Positions 7,548-15,069 of a DNA stretch of 20,000 bases are shown one piece after another. A program made the position numbers and the translations under genes. The DNA is from an uncultured virus (IMG/VR IMGVR_UViG_3300028745_000006) (lineage: Duplodnaviria > Heunggongvirae > Uroviricota > Caudoviricetes), in IMG/VR virus record IMGVR_UViG_3300028745_000006; one strand, given 5' to 3'. The notes under the pieces were generated by a model. It was not told the DNA's origin, did not search any database, and saw only the letters and a program-made list of their open reading frames with translations. Numbering within the stretch: the first letter of the stretch is position 1; each line of letters opens with the position of its first letter.

Positions 7548-7898
7548 ATGCTCACCCAGCGCACGGCTGCCCGGATCGCCGCCCTTCCCTACATTCTCGT
7601 GGGCGTGCTCGCCGCGCCCGTCCCGGTGTGGTGGTGCCTCAACGACGCAAGCTGCTCCGCGTCTGCGCCGGCGCAGCTACCGCCTGCGGTCGACGCCGGC
7701 GCGTCGCCACCCCTCGTGCACTGCCAGAAGCTCGACGGCGACACTTGCCGAGGAGCCGGTGGCTCAGAGACATGGCAAGGACGCTGGCTCTTTCAGCCAG
7801 CGTGCGCTTGCCTGATCGACGGAGTGACGTGCGTGGGCGCCTCCGGGCTTGACGGCGGGGCCGGCTGTTGGGCGCGCGGGACGAGCAGCAGGGAATGA
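7548..7898 (+). CDS. Membrane-anchored or secreted Cys-rich small protein (the only convincing plus-strand gene)
   Basis: MLTQRTAARIAALPYILVGVLAAPVPVWWC... hydrophobic N-terminus, then 8 Cys and DAG/DGG linkers. Fills the gap between minus-strand genes. Confidence 0.6.
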   Translation: MLTQRTAARIAALPYILVGVLAAPVPVWWCLNDASCSASAPAQLPPAVDAGASPPLVHCQKLDGDTCRGAGGSETWQGRWLFQPACACLIDGVTCVGASGLDGGAGCWARGTSSRE

Positions 7899-7969
7899 CG
7901 CAAAGGGCGGAGCGAGTTCAGGCGGGTTGGGCATGAAGCAGACCGCTACCGAGAGGCTCGTGGCTTCGC

Positions 7970-8884
7970 TCAGAACTTGGTCCAGACGCGCGCGTACTTG
8001 ATCCCGCGACCGAAGACGACGCGCTCGGCAAGTCCCAGCGCGAGAAGAGCGCCGTCAGCATGCAAGTCGGTCTCCCAGTGGTAGGCGATGCACTCGTCCT
8101 TGCTGCTGGCGATGTCGTCGGGAAGATCGGCCGGCACGGTGCCGTAGCGCTTGAGCTTGTCGAGCGACTCCATGGCGAACGATGGCTCGAGGAGCGACTT
8201 GTTCTTTTTCTTGCCGAGGTCCTCGAGCACCTGGAGGACGGCGGCCTTGTCGCCGCGTGCGGCGGCGTCGCGGATCAGGGCGCCGGCGCGATCGAGGATC
8301 GCTTTGCGCTCGAGGAGGGTCTTGCCGCGCTGGATGCGCGTCGCTTCGGCCTTCGCTTCCTTCTCGTTCTTCACGGCTAATCGCCCGTTCGCGCGGCTCT
8401 CCTGCTGGTCCTTTTGCTCTGGAGTGCGGCCCTCTTCGTCGAGGGTGCGAAGTGGCCTGAGCTGCCACGCGTCATAGCGTTTCACGTAATGCTTCTGAGT
8501 CTCTCTTGCCATGTGCGCCTGAGACTCTGCTGCTCTACGAGCGTTCAAGAGCTCCCACGCCCATGTTGCGTCCGATGGCGTGATTTCGACGCTCTTCTCG
8601 AGGCGGCCACGCATCTCTTTGCGATAAAGAACCGTGACCTCGCCGGCGTCGATTTCTCGAATGTACTCACACGCCCTTGCCTCGTCCGCACGATAGCCAG
8701 AAATGACAAGCGGGATGAGCTCGCGGCTCCGCTCGTACGCGAGCGACCCCTCGCCTGGGCAGCGACCGTGCACCGAACCATTGCCAGGGCGCTTGTAGCC
8801 GTGAAGCGCCAAGATGCCACCCGGCGTTGACTTGAAATCACCCTCGCAGACCTGGCAGTTCCCAACGTGGCGCTGAACAATCAT
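7970..8884 (-). CDS. Hypothetical protein with N-terminal CxxC-ALHGYKRP-GxC putative Zn-binding domain and a coiled coil
   Basis: ATG at 8884 after GGAGG. Motif shared with 8925-10049. Confidence 0.8.
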   Translation of the reverse strand: MIVQRHVGNCQVCEGDFKSTPGGILALHGYKRPGNGSVHGRCPGEGSLAYERSRELIPLVISGYRADEARACEYIREIDAGEVTVLYRKEMRGRLEKSVEITPSDATWAWELLNARRAAESQAHMARETQKHYVKRYDAWQLRPLRTLDEEGRTPEQKDQQESRANGRLAVKNEKEAKAEATRIQRGKTLLERKAILDRAGALIRDAAARGDKAAVLQVLEDLGKKKNKSLLEPSFAMESLDKLKRYGTVPADLPDDIASSKDECIAYHWETDLHADGALLALGLAERVVFGRGIKYARVWTKF

Positions 8885-8924
8885 CGACCGGCCCTCCAAT
8901 GCGTAAAATCGCGGCAGTGCGCCG

Positions 8925-10049
8925 TCAGGCGCGATCATCGAGCCTCTTCACCCACCTGTCGAACGCATCCGAGAGCGGCGGCGGCATTTCGCGATTCCCC
9001 TCTCGCGGGAGCGAGCGAACGCGCCAGAGCCGGATCATCTTCTCCAGCCCAAGAATCTTCTGCTTGATCGTCTCGACGTTGATCTTGGACGACTTGATCG
9101 CGTTCTTGACCGCGCCGTCCCACCCCGGATCTCCTGGCCGAAACGGATCACCCGTTCGCCTTGGAATCGAGATAGCCGTGCCAGCCTCCAGCAGACGGAC
9201 CGCCTTCTCGACAGAAAGCTTCTCCGCCTGGAGACTTTTGAGGTGGTGATCGCATCCACTTCGCGAAAGCTCATAGGGGCCGAACAGCATCCCGTGACAC
9301 TTGCCGACCGCGCCGCTCCCGTCCCTCGGCCGCTGGTAGCCGTGAAGCGCCATCTTCGACGGCGAGTCCAGCTTGATGTTCCGGAAACAGTACGTGCACG
9401 TTCCGGTGTTGTCGCGGGTACGCGCAAGTCCAGGGACATGCTCGTCAGTCCCGAGAGCCTCGTTGACCTGCTTGAGGTAGCCTGTCTCGTTCTTGAGCCA
9501 TTTCGAGACCGCATAAACGCCGAGGAAAACGCGGCCAGGCTGCTCTGAGCTCGCGGGAGCACCGTCCTTTGACGCAAACCCGCCGTCGTGAAGCTGCCTC
9601 CTGTCGGGCAGGAGCAAGAACGTCTTCTTCTCTGGCGAGATGAAGACGAGCCCCTTTGCGCCGACCCACTCCTCGTACTCGAAAACGCTGCGCGGGCTGC
9701 CGAAGTATCCCTCCGCCCTGATCGGGGTGACGCCTCGGGTGTACGAGCGTCCGACCTCGGGCTTCGCCGGAAGCTTCGCGACCTGGCGCTGGAGCACGCG
9801 CTGGTGCGCCGCCTCGACCTGGGCCAGTCCACCTTTTTCGTTTCCCGTGTGGTGGACGTACCGAAGCGTCGGGCCCTCTTCGTGGTGGATGGCGACCAGG
9901 CCGACGAACGGCTCGATCGTCCACCCGCCCAGAAATTCGAGAATCTCCTCGAGCTTCCCCAGGGTCAGCGAGCTGTCCGCCCCCTTGCGGATCTTGGACA
10001 GCAGCTCGAGCATCTTGGCTCGGTCGACCGGCTTCTTCGCTTTCGCCAT
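8925..10049 (-). CDS. Hypothetical protein with C-terminal CxxC-ALHGYQRP-GxC putative Zn-binding domain
   Basis: 374 aa with good codon bias. TAGGAT lies 7 nt before the ATG (leaderless-like). Confidence 0.85.
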   Translation of the reverse strand: MAKAKKPVDRAKMLELLSKIRKGADSSLTLGKLEEILEFLGGWTIEPFVGLVAIHHEEGPTLRYVHHTGNEKGGLAQVEAAHQRVLQRQVAKLPAKPEVGRSYTRGVTPIRAEGYFGSPRSVFEYEEWVGAKGLVFISPEKKTFLLLPDRRQLHDGGFASKDGAPASSEQPGRVFLGVYAVSKWLKNETGYLKQVNEALGTDEHVPGLARTRDNTGTCTYCFRNIKLDSPSKMALHGYQRPRDGSGAVGKCHGMLFGPYELSRSGCDHHLKSLQAEKLSVEKAVRLLEAGTAISIPRRTGDPFRPGDPGWDGAVKNAIKSSKINVETIKQKILGLEKMIRLWRVRSLPREGNREMPPPLSDAFDRWVKRLDDRA

Positions 10050-10093
10050 CGGCGCGATCCTACACGATTCAGCGAGCGCAGGAAGGCTTGGGG

Positions 10094-10342
10094 CTACCCG
10101 CCCCCAGCTTCTGGCGCGACACGCTCGCCGGGCATCTTGGGGCGGTACTCGTAGGCCGCGTCAGGGGCACCGTTTTTCCCTCGCCAGGCTCGCCGCGAGA
10201 TCTGGCCGCTTCGAAAGAGGCTGGCCAGCGTCACGGCCTCGGCGCGCGGATGGCGCCCGTCTGCTCCGGCGCGGTACCAGTGCCCACCTAGCGCCCAGGC
10301 GCGCGCCACAGACGCGAGTGACTTTTGCTGGAGGCTCGTCAT
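10094..10342 (-). CDS. Hypothetical protein
   Basis: ATG at 10342 in TGATG overlap with the upstream stop. Confidence 0.6.
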   Translation of the reverse strand: MTSLQQKSLASVARAWALGGHWYRAGADGRHPRAEAVTLASLFRSGQISRRAWRGKNGAPDAAYEYRPKMPGERVAPEAGGG

Positions 10343-10647
10343 CAACGCCCTCTCCGCTCGCGGCAATGTTCCTTGTACCTGTCCAGGCTTGCCTGCTGAT
10401 GTTCCGTCGACATCATCCTTGTTCCGTTGAGGCGGACGTCGCTAGCCTCGGTTTTTTTTGCCCGGTGTGGAGGCACGGTCGCGACAACGCAGCCAAAATC
10501 CGCGCGCTGTTCGCGAACGTCCAGTGCTCCGAGGTCGCTTCGGTTGCACGTCGGGCAGGTGAGGGTGCGGAAAGTCGCCTCGGCGCCGGTGACGGGCACA
10601 GTGCGGCCAGCGCCCAGGCAAATCTCCGGCGCGAGGCGTGCCATCAT
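10342..10647 (-). CDS. Hypothetical protein with C...CPTC...H (possible zinc ribbon)
   Basis: AGGAGG RBS, ATGA overlap. Confidence 0.6.
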   Translation of the reverse strand: MMARLAPEICLGAGRTVPVTGAEATFRTLTCPTCNRSDLGALDVREQRADFGCVVATVPPHRAKKTEASDVRLNGTRMMSTEHQQASLDRYKEHCRERRGR

Positions 10648-10949
10648 ACCCCTCCTGACCCCGCACGGTAGCGGGTGATGCCCGCAGGCAAGGCGTGGCA
10701 CATTCCGTCGACGATCTCGGCCAGCTTCTTCTCCACCAGGATCGCCTGGAGCTGCGAGCGGAGCTCGGTGATCGGCGCCTGCGGCCCGCGCATGAGCCGC
10801 CCGAGCTCCAGACGCTGGTTGGGGGTCAGCGCCACCGTGAGCGGGTCGGGAGGCGGAGACTTCACGACGACGGGCGGAGACGCCGGGACTGTGCGGAGCG
10901 GGCCCCCGGTCTGGAGGAGGCTGAGGACATCGGACTGGTGGTTGGTCAT
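10644..10949 (-). CDS. Hypothetical protein
   Basis: About 101 aa with G/C-ending codons. The C-terminal part could be winged-helix-like (not confirmed). Confidence 0.6.
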   Translation of the reverse strand: MTNHQSDVLSLLQTGGPLRTVPASPPVVVKSPPPDPLTVALTPNQRLELGRLMRGPQAPITELRSQLQAILVEKKLAEIVDGMCHALPAGITRYRAGSGGV

Positions 10950-10987
10950 GCGTCGCTCAAGATTCAATAGGAGATGCCACGAGAGGT

Positions 10988-11215
10988 TCAGCGTGCAGCC
11001 TCGCCCGAAAACGGGAGAGCAGTCAAGGTCCCGTCATTCATTCCGAAGCGACCAACGCTCGCTGGGCCTTCAGCGTCAAGCCAGTAAACCGTGCGACCCT
11101 TCGCGATCCAGGCGCGAGCCGTCTCGGCTTGGGCGATTCGATCGTACGGACCATGAGCGACGATCATGTGGTCGGACAGAATTTCAACCAAATAGTGAAT
11201 CACTCTCGGCTCCAT
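10988..11215 (-). CDS. Hypothetical protein
   Basis: 75 aa, fits the operon packing. Confidence 0.55.
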   Translation of the reverse strand: MEPRVIHYLVEILSDHMIVAHGPYDRIAQAETARAWIAKGRTVYWLDAEGPASVGRFGMNDGTLTALPFSGEAAR

Positions 11216-11613
11216 CCATGTGTGCCGATAAGCATGTTGGCTGCCAAGGTGACGGCATCGATCGTCCCCGCGGCCAGCTCGCGCCCCGATGCGCGAACAA
11301 GCAGCGCCGCTCGCCCATACGGCAGCGCCTTCACCACGTAAATGGACTCTTTCTTGACCTCAACAGAAAGAACGATCGCGTGGTCTTCCTCCTTTTTCTT
11401 GTCCCATCCCCTCTTTCGCATGAGCTTTCCGAGCTCGGGGTCCTCCGCGACTCGGCTCTCGTCAAGCCGCCGGATTGCGCGGAGCAGGCTCCGGTAGCCG
11501 CCATCGAAGCCCAGCGCAACGGCGGCCGCGCTGGTGTTCCCGCCGGCGGCAAGCAGCGCCGCTTGGATAGCGCAGCGAGCCGCTGCGTCAGTGGCGCAGC
11601 TCAGCGTCGTCAC
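11200..11613 (-). CDS. Fis-type (HTH_8) helix-turn-helix protein with a C-terminal extension
   Basis: IQAALLAAGGNTSAAAVALG...RSLLRAIRRL matches the Fis/NtrC C-terminal HTH pattern. Start overlaps the upstream stop. Confidence 0.7.
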   Translation of the reverse strand: MTTLSCATDAAARCAIQAALLAAGGNTSAAAVALGFDGGYRSLLRAIRRLDESRVAEDPELGKLMRKRGWDKKKEEDHAIVLSVEVKKESIYVVKALPYGRAALLVRASGRELAAGTIDAVTLAANMLIGTHGWSRE

Positions 11614-12305
11614 TCCGCGCCCTCCGTCGAGAGCGACAGGGAAAGGGGCTCGAGCCTGACCAATGGATCCTCCAGATCCATGCGAAGGGCCTCACGCGCG
11701 ATCTCCTCGTTCGCCAGGCTGGCCTCTTTCGCGTCCGGGAGACGCGGCGTCCTCTCGAACGTGATCTTGTGCACGCCGCCGAGGCGCAGCACGGAGGCCG
11801 CAGCCGACGGGCGATAGTAGACACGCATTCCCCAACGCTCGACCGCGACGCTCACGGTTCTGTCCAGCTCTCGCCGAGGAACACCGGGAAGGCCCACGCG
11901 GCGCCACTGCATCGCAAGCGCCTCGTATCCAGGGCAGACCAGCTCCCACAAGCGCACGGTGGGAACACTGGCCAGCGGAACGAGCGCGGTGCCGCCAGAG
12001 GTATCGAGGAGCATGATGAATCGACCGCCTGGCATCTTGGTCGTGCGGAAATCCTTGTGGGTCGCCTTCCACGCGGCGCTCTCGAGCGCGCTGCGCTGCT
12101 TCGCCTCCATTCGGCGCCCATCCATGAGGGCCATGCGCACTCCCAGAAAGTGGGGCTCGACAGAGAGGAGCTCACCATCGACCGAAGCGATCGAGGCGAC
12201 CGCTTCCTCCTCCGTCTCCCACCACGTTGCGCCAGTGCGCCACGCAAGCGTCGGGTCAATCTTCGACAGCGCCATGTCTCTCGTCATCGTAGGCATGCGA
12301 TGCAC
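11610..12305 (-). CDS. Hypothetical protein (start uncertain, 12305-12275)
   Basis: About 225 aa, consistent codon usage and packing. Confidence 0.7.
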   Translation of the reverse strand: MHRMPTMTRDMALSKIDPTLAWRTGATWWETEEEAVASIASVDGELLSVEPHFLGVRMALMDGRRMEAKQRSALESAAWKATHKDFRTTKMPGGRFIMLLDTSGGTALVPLASVPTVRLWELVCPGYEALAMQWRRVGLPGVPRRELDRTVSVAVERWGMRVYYRPSAAASVLRLGGVHKITFERTPRLPDAKEASLANEEIAREALRMDLEDPLVRLEPLSLSLSTEGAE

Positions 12306-12313
12306 CGAACGGG

Positions 12314-12643
12314 CTACGCGGCGACGGCCTGGCGCTGACGCCAGGCTTCGATCGCGTCGTCAGCGTCCCACACCCGCCCCGCCTCTCGGGTCGCCTGCTC
12401 ATCGAGCAGGATCCTGTCCGCTTCTTTCGATGCAAGGCGCCTTTCCTCGGAAGAGGAGCCCAGCGCGGTGAATCCAGCAACGAGCGCTCCGCGTGCCCGG
12501 TCGAAGCGCGGGGCCGTCTTTGCCACATGGTTCGCATGGCCGCCGGCCGCGCGAATCTGGTTCATGTGGGCGCACTGAGCCGCCAAATGCGCGGCGTGGT
12601 ACTCGACGAAAAGCGGCACGAGAGCGAGGATGGTGGCGTTCAT
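12314..12643 (-). CDS. Hypothetical protein, first gene after a strong promoter
   Basis: 109 aa, AGGAG RBS. Confidence 0.75.
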   Translation of the reverse strand: MNATILALVPLFVEYHAAHLAAQCAHMNQIRAAGGHANHVAKTAPRFDRARGALVAGFTALGSSSEERRLASKEADRILLDEQATREAGRVWDADDAIEAWRQRQAVAA

Positions 12644-12682
12644 GGCGGCTCTTTCTCCTGGGTCTTGTCCCCGGCGAGAATG

Positions 12683-12711
12683 AGCTTAGGTCCTGCCGGT
12701 CCTACTGTCAA
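12683..12711 (-). promoter_or_regulatory. Near-consensus sigma70-type promoter
   Basis: TTGACA-N17-TAAGCT. Confidence 0.75.
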
Positions 12712-12799
12712 GTTCTCGTTTTGGCTTCCTGCGTCACATCTTTCACGTTCGCCTCTTCTGCCCTGTGGCTCAACGGCTCAACGGCAAAGCTATTTCCTC

Positions 12800-12868
12800 G
12801 CGAACATCGTGAGCCGCGGGGTCCAGGGCCCAGGCCCTGGCGGGGGTGCCGGGGGCGGAGCCCCTGGC
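12800..12868 (+). repeat. REP-like double-hairpin element, copy 2
   Basis: GCGAACATCGTGAGC...CCAGGGCC-ca-GGCCCTGG CGGGGGT GCCGGGGGC-gga-GCCCCTGGC, 9 nt beyond the stop at 12878. Confidence 0.85.
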
Positions 12869-12877
12869 GCTCTCCCG

Positions 12878-13387
12878 CTACGGCGAGAGCCCGAAGCGGG
12901 CGGCGTGACGTCGGACGACCCTGGCCTGGTAGGCGCGGGCGGCGGCGACATCGGCGGCGGTGAGGTCGCTGGGGAGGAGCATGAAGTCGCCGGCGGGGCA
13001 GCCATTGCGTGTCGAGGCTACCTGGACGGCGCGAACGGCGGCAAGGCAAGCTCGCCAGGTCGGGCTGTCAAAGGCAGACGTCTCGAGCGACCGTGAGAGG
13101 TCGCGGCAAGCGGCAGAGGCAACGGCGACGGCCTGGTCGAGCTCGGCTTCGGTGGCCTCTCCACGGCTCCAGCGCCGGGCGACGGCGACGGCGAGCCTGG
13201 GGCGCGCATCGCTGAGCAGGTCGTCGGCGACCTCGCGGTGGCGAAGCGCTGCGTCTGCGCAGTCGGCGACGATCCCGGCAAACAGGCGACTCCGGTCAAG
13301 ATCCGACAGGGGCGAGCTCTCGAGGTGACGGCAGAGGTCCGCGTAAAGGGCGTGTCCGCTCGCGGCCGCAGGGGGTGAGCTGTCCAT
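12878..13387 (-). CDS. Imm5-like alpha-helical protein (common in phages)
   Basis: ADCADAAL...DARPRLAVAVARRWSRGEATEAEL pattern of Imm5-like domains. ATG at 13387 lies 7 nt after the -10 box. Confidence 0.65.
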   Translation of the reverse strand: MDSSPPAAASGHALYADLCRHLESSPLSDLDRSRLFAGIVADCADAALRHREVADDLLSDARPRLAVAVARRWSRGEATEAELDQAVAVASAACRDLSRSLETSAFDSPTWRACLAAVRAVQVASTRNGCPAGDFMLLPSDLTAADVAAARAYQARVVRRHAARFGLSP

Positions 13388-13394
13388 CTCGACA

Positions 13395-13423
13395 GGTGTA
13401 TCCACGAGGAGCCGACAGGTCAA
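13395..13423 (-). promoter_or_regulatory. Sigma70-like promoter, leaderless
   Basis: TTGACC-N17-TACACC-N7-ATG(13387). Confidence 0.6.
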
Positions 13424-13490
13424 GCGTCACGCGCGACGCATCCTCCACGTCACGTCCTGGTCATGCTCTTCGCCGCCGCCTACTGCACCG

Positions 13491-13991
13491 TCACGAAGCA
13501 GCCTTGGTCTCCCACGTCTTCTTGGGCAGGCCCAGCGATTTGCGCCTCGCGTTGTAGGCCGCCTTCGACGACGCCAGAAGCACGCGGAGCTCGAGCCTTC
13601 GCCACGGATTGGAACCAGTGCTGGAGCGGCCATGGCAGATCGACCACCGGCACGCCGCAAAGGATCGCGAGCGCCTCAGGACAGTTCGGGATGAACGTTG
13701 TGAAGACCGTGGCCACCCGGCGGTCGGATCCAGCATGCACGTCGCCTGGATCGCGCGCGCGGCCGACGGCCTCGACCGGACGAAATGGATCTCGCGGCGA
13801 ACCTTGCGCCCGTCGCTCATCCAGTTGGACCGCATTCCCACGTATCCCCACGGTGGAAGTACCTCGGAGAACATCGGCCTTATAATTGCGCGCCGGACGT
13901 GGTACCCGAAGTCGACAAGCAGGGCCTCCTCCGCCGGAGTGAGAGAGACCTCGGTCCCCGGACGGTTCTTGAGGAGCTTCCGATTGATCAT
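13491..13991 (-). CDS. Hypothetical protein, probably with two compensating frameshifts
   Basis: MINRKLLKNRPG... The segment ~13730-13595 reads better in the adjacent frame (DRRVATVFTTFIPNCPEALAILCGVPVVDLPWPLQHWFQSVAK). Confidence 0.55.
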   Translation of the reverse strand: MINRKLLKNRPGTEVSLTPAEEALLVDFGYHVRRAIIRPMFSEVLPPWGYVGMRSNWMSDGRKVRREIHFVRSRPSAARAIQATCMLDPTAGWPRSSQRSSRTVLRRSRSFAACRWSICHGRSSTGSNPWRRLELRVLLASSKAAYNARRKSLGLPKKTWETKAAS

Positions 13992-14067
13992 GACTCTGGA
14001 TCTGAACCGGAGATATCGGCAACAGGCACTTGAACAGAATCGTTCTTGTGCGCCTCGTCCACGACCT

Positions 14068-14568
14068 TCACGCTCGCGACCAACCATCGCCGAACACGAG
14101 ACCGATCTCACGCTCGGCCGCATCGTCGCCATCGCTCCCGTGGCCGACGTTCTCCCAGATGGCGGTGCCCGTCATGTTCCCGTAGCGACCACGGAGCGTA
14201 GGCTCCGGAGGGATAGCTACACCGAAGTCGAGCGATCGGGCGTATGCAAGCCCCGCGTCACGATCGGCCTCCGCCGCCTTGCGCGAGTCGGTAAGGCCCA
14301 AGACGGCCCGCCAGTGAGCCACCGCGTTGTTGCGCTCGAGAGCCATCGCGACCACGGGGCCGGAGGTCATGAAGCCGCAGAGGTCGTTGAAAAAGAACCT
14401 CCCGGCGTGCTCCTGGTAGAACTCGCTCACCTGCGCGTACGTGAGCCGCAACAGCCGGATCTCCAGGAGAACGAACCCCTCGTGCTCGACGCGAGCGAGC
14501 ATCTTCCCGGCAATCTTCTTCTTCATCGCGTCCGGCTTGATCATCGCAAACGTTCGCGTGCCGCTCAT
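14068..14568 (-). CDS. ndk: Nucleoside diphosphate kinase
   Basis: RTFAMIKPDA, FYQEH..RFFF, MTSGPVVAM, WR, TLR, NxxHGSD (catalytic His143), EREI. GAGGA RBS. Confidence 0.96.
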   Translation of the reverse strand: MSGTRTFAMIKPDAMKKKIAGKMLARVEHEGFVLLEIRLLRLTYAQVSEFYQEHAGRFFFNDLCGFMTSGPVVAMALERNNAVAHWRAVLGLTDSRKAAEADRDAGLAYARSLDFGVAIPPEPTLRGRYGNMTGTAIWENVGHGSDGDDAAEREIGLVFGDGWSRA

Positions 14569-14606
14569 GCTCTTCCTCGTCCTCGTCTACGGTCTACAGT
14601 TCATCG

Positions 14607-14634
14607 AAAAAAAAGGACGCATCCGATCTCGCCC
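14607..14634 (-). terminator. Possible weak intrinsic terminator upstream of ndk
   Basis: GGGCG...CGTCC (or GGA-tgcg-TCC) followed by T8 on the minus strand; the stem is weak. Confidence 0.3.
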
Positions 14635-14654
14635 TTGCGGCCCGCCATGAAGGC

Positions 14655-14882
14655 TTAACGCGATGGCAAGTTGCCCCTGGCGTGAAACGTGATCGATTCC
14701 CATAGACGACAGATGGCCAGGTCGACCGCAGCGACGTCAAGGCCAGCGAGCTCCGCGTCCACGCTGGCAAATGCACGATCGCGCATGACGCTGGAGCAAA
14801 GAGCGTTCGCCTCGTTCACGAGAGCCGCATCAGGATCGTCTTCAGGAGACGGGATGGGGCCTGCCCCATCGAGCTGCTGCAT
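14655..14882 (-). CDS. Hypothetical protein (may be the 3' half of a frameshifted gene starting at 15069)
   Basis: 75 aa. The frame stays open with good codons upstream (VSTGAGRALESVSRGAGRV-MQQ). Confidence 0.55.
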   Translation of the reverse strand: MQQLDGAGPIPSPEDDPDAALVNEANALCSSVMRDRAFASVDAELAGLDVAAVDLAICRLWESITFHARGNLPSR

Positions 14883-15069
14883 GACACGACCAGCCCCGCG
14901 CGAGACGCTCTCGAGCGCGCGGCCAGCGCCGGTCGAGACACTCGGTCCATGACATGGCTCCGTCGTCGTGCTGGTCGTCGCCTGGATGGCGATCGCGCAC
15001 GCACCGCGTCTCCTCGTTCGTGGCCCGATCGAGGTGCGTCGACGGGCAAGTCTCTGAGCCGACCGTCAC
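14842..15069 (-). CDS. Small Cys/His protein (CPSTH...RCVRDRH...H...W)
   Basis: GTGA overlap with the upstream stop. The C-terminal part looks out of frame. Confidence 0.5.
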   Translation of the reverse strand: MTVGSETCPSTHLDRATNEETRCVRDRHPGDDQHDDGAMSWTECLDRRWPRARERLARGWSCHAAARWGRPHPVS

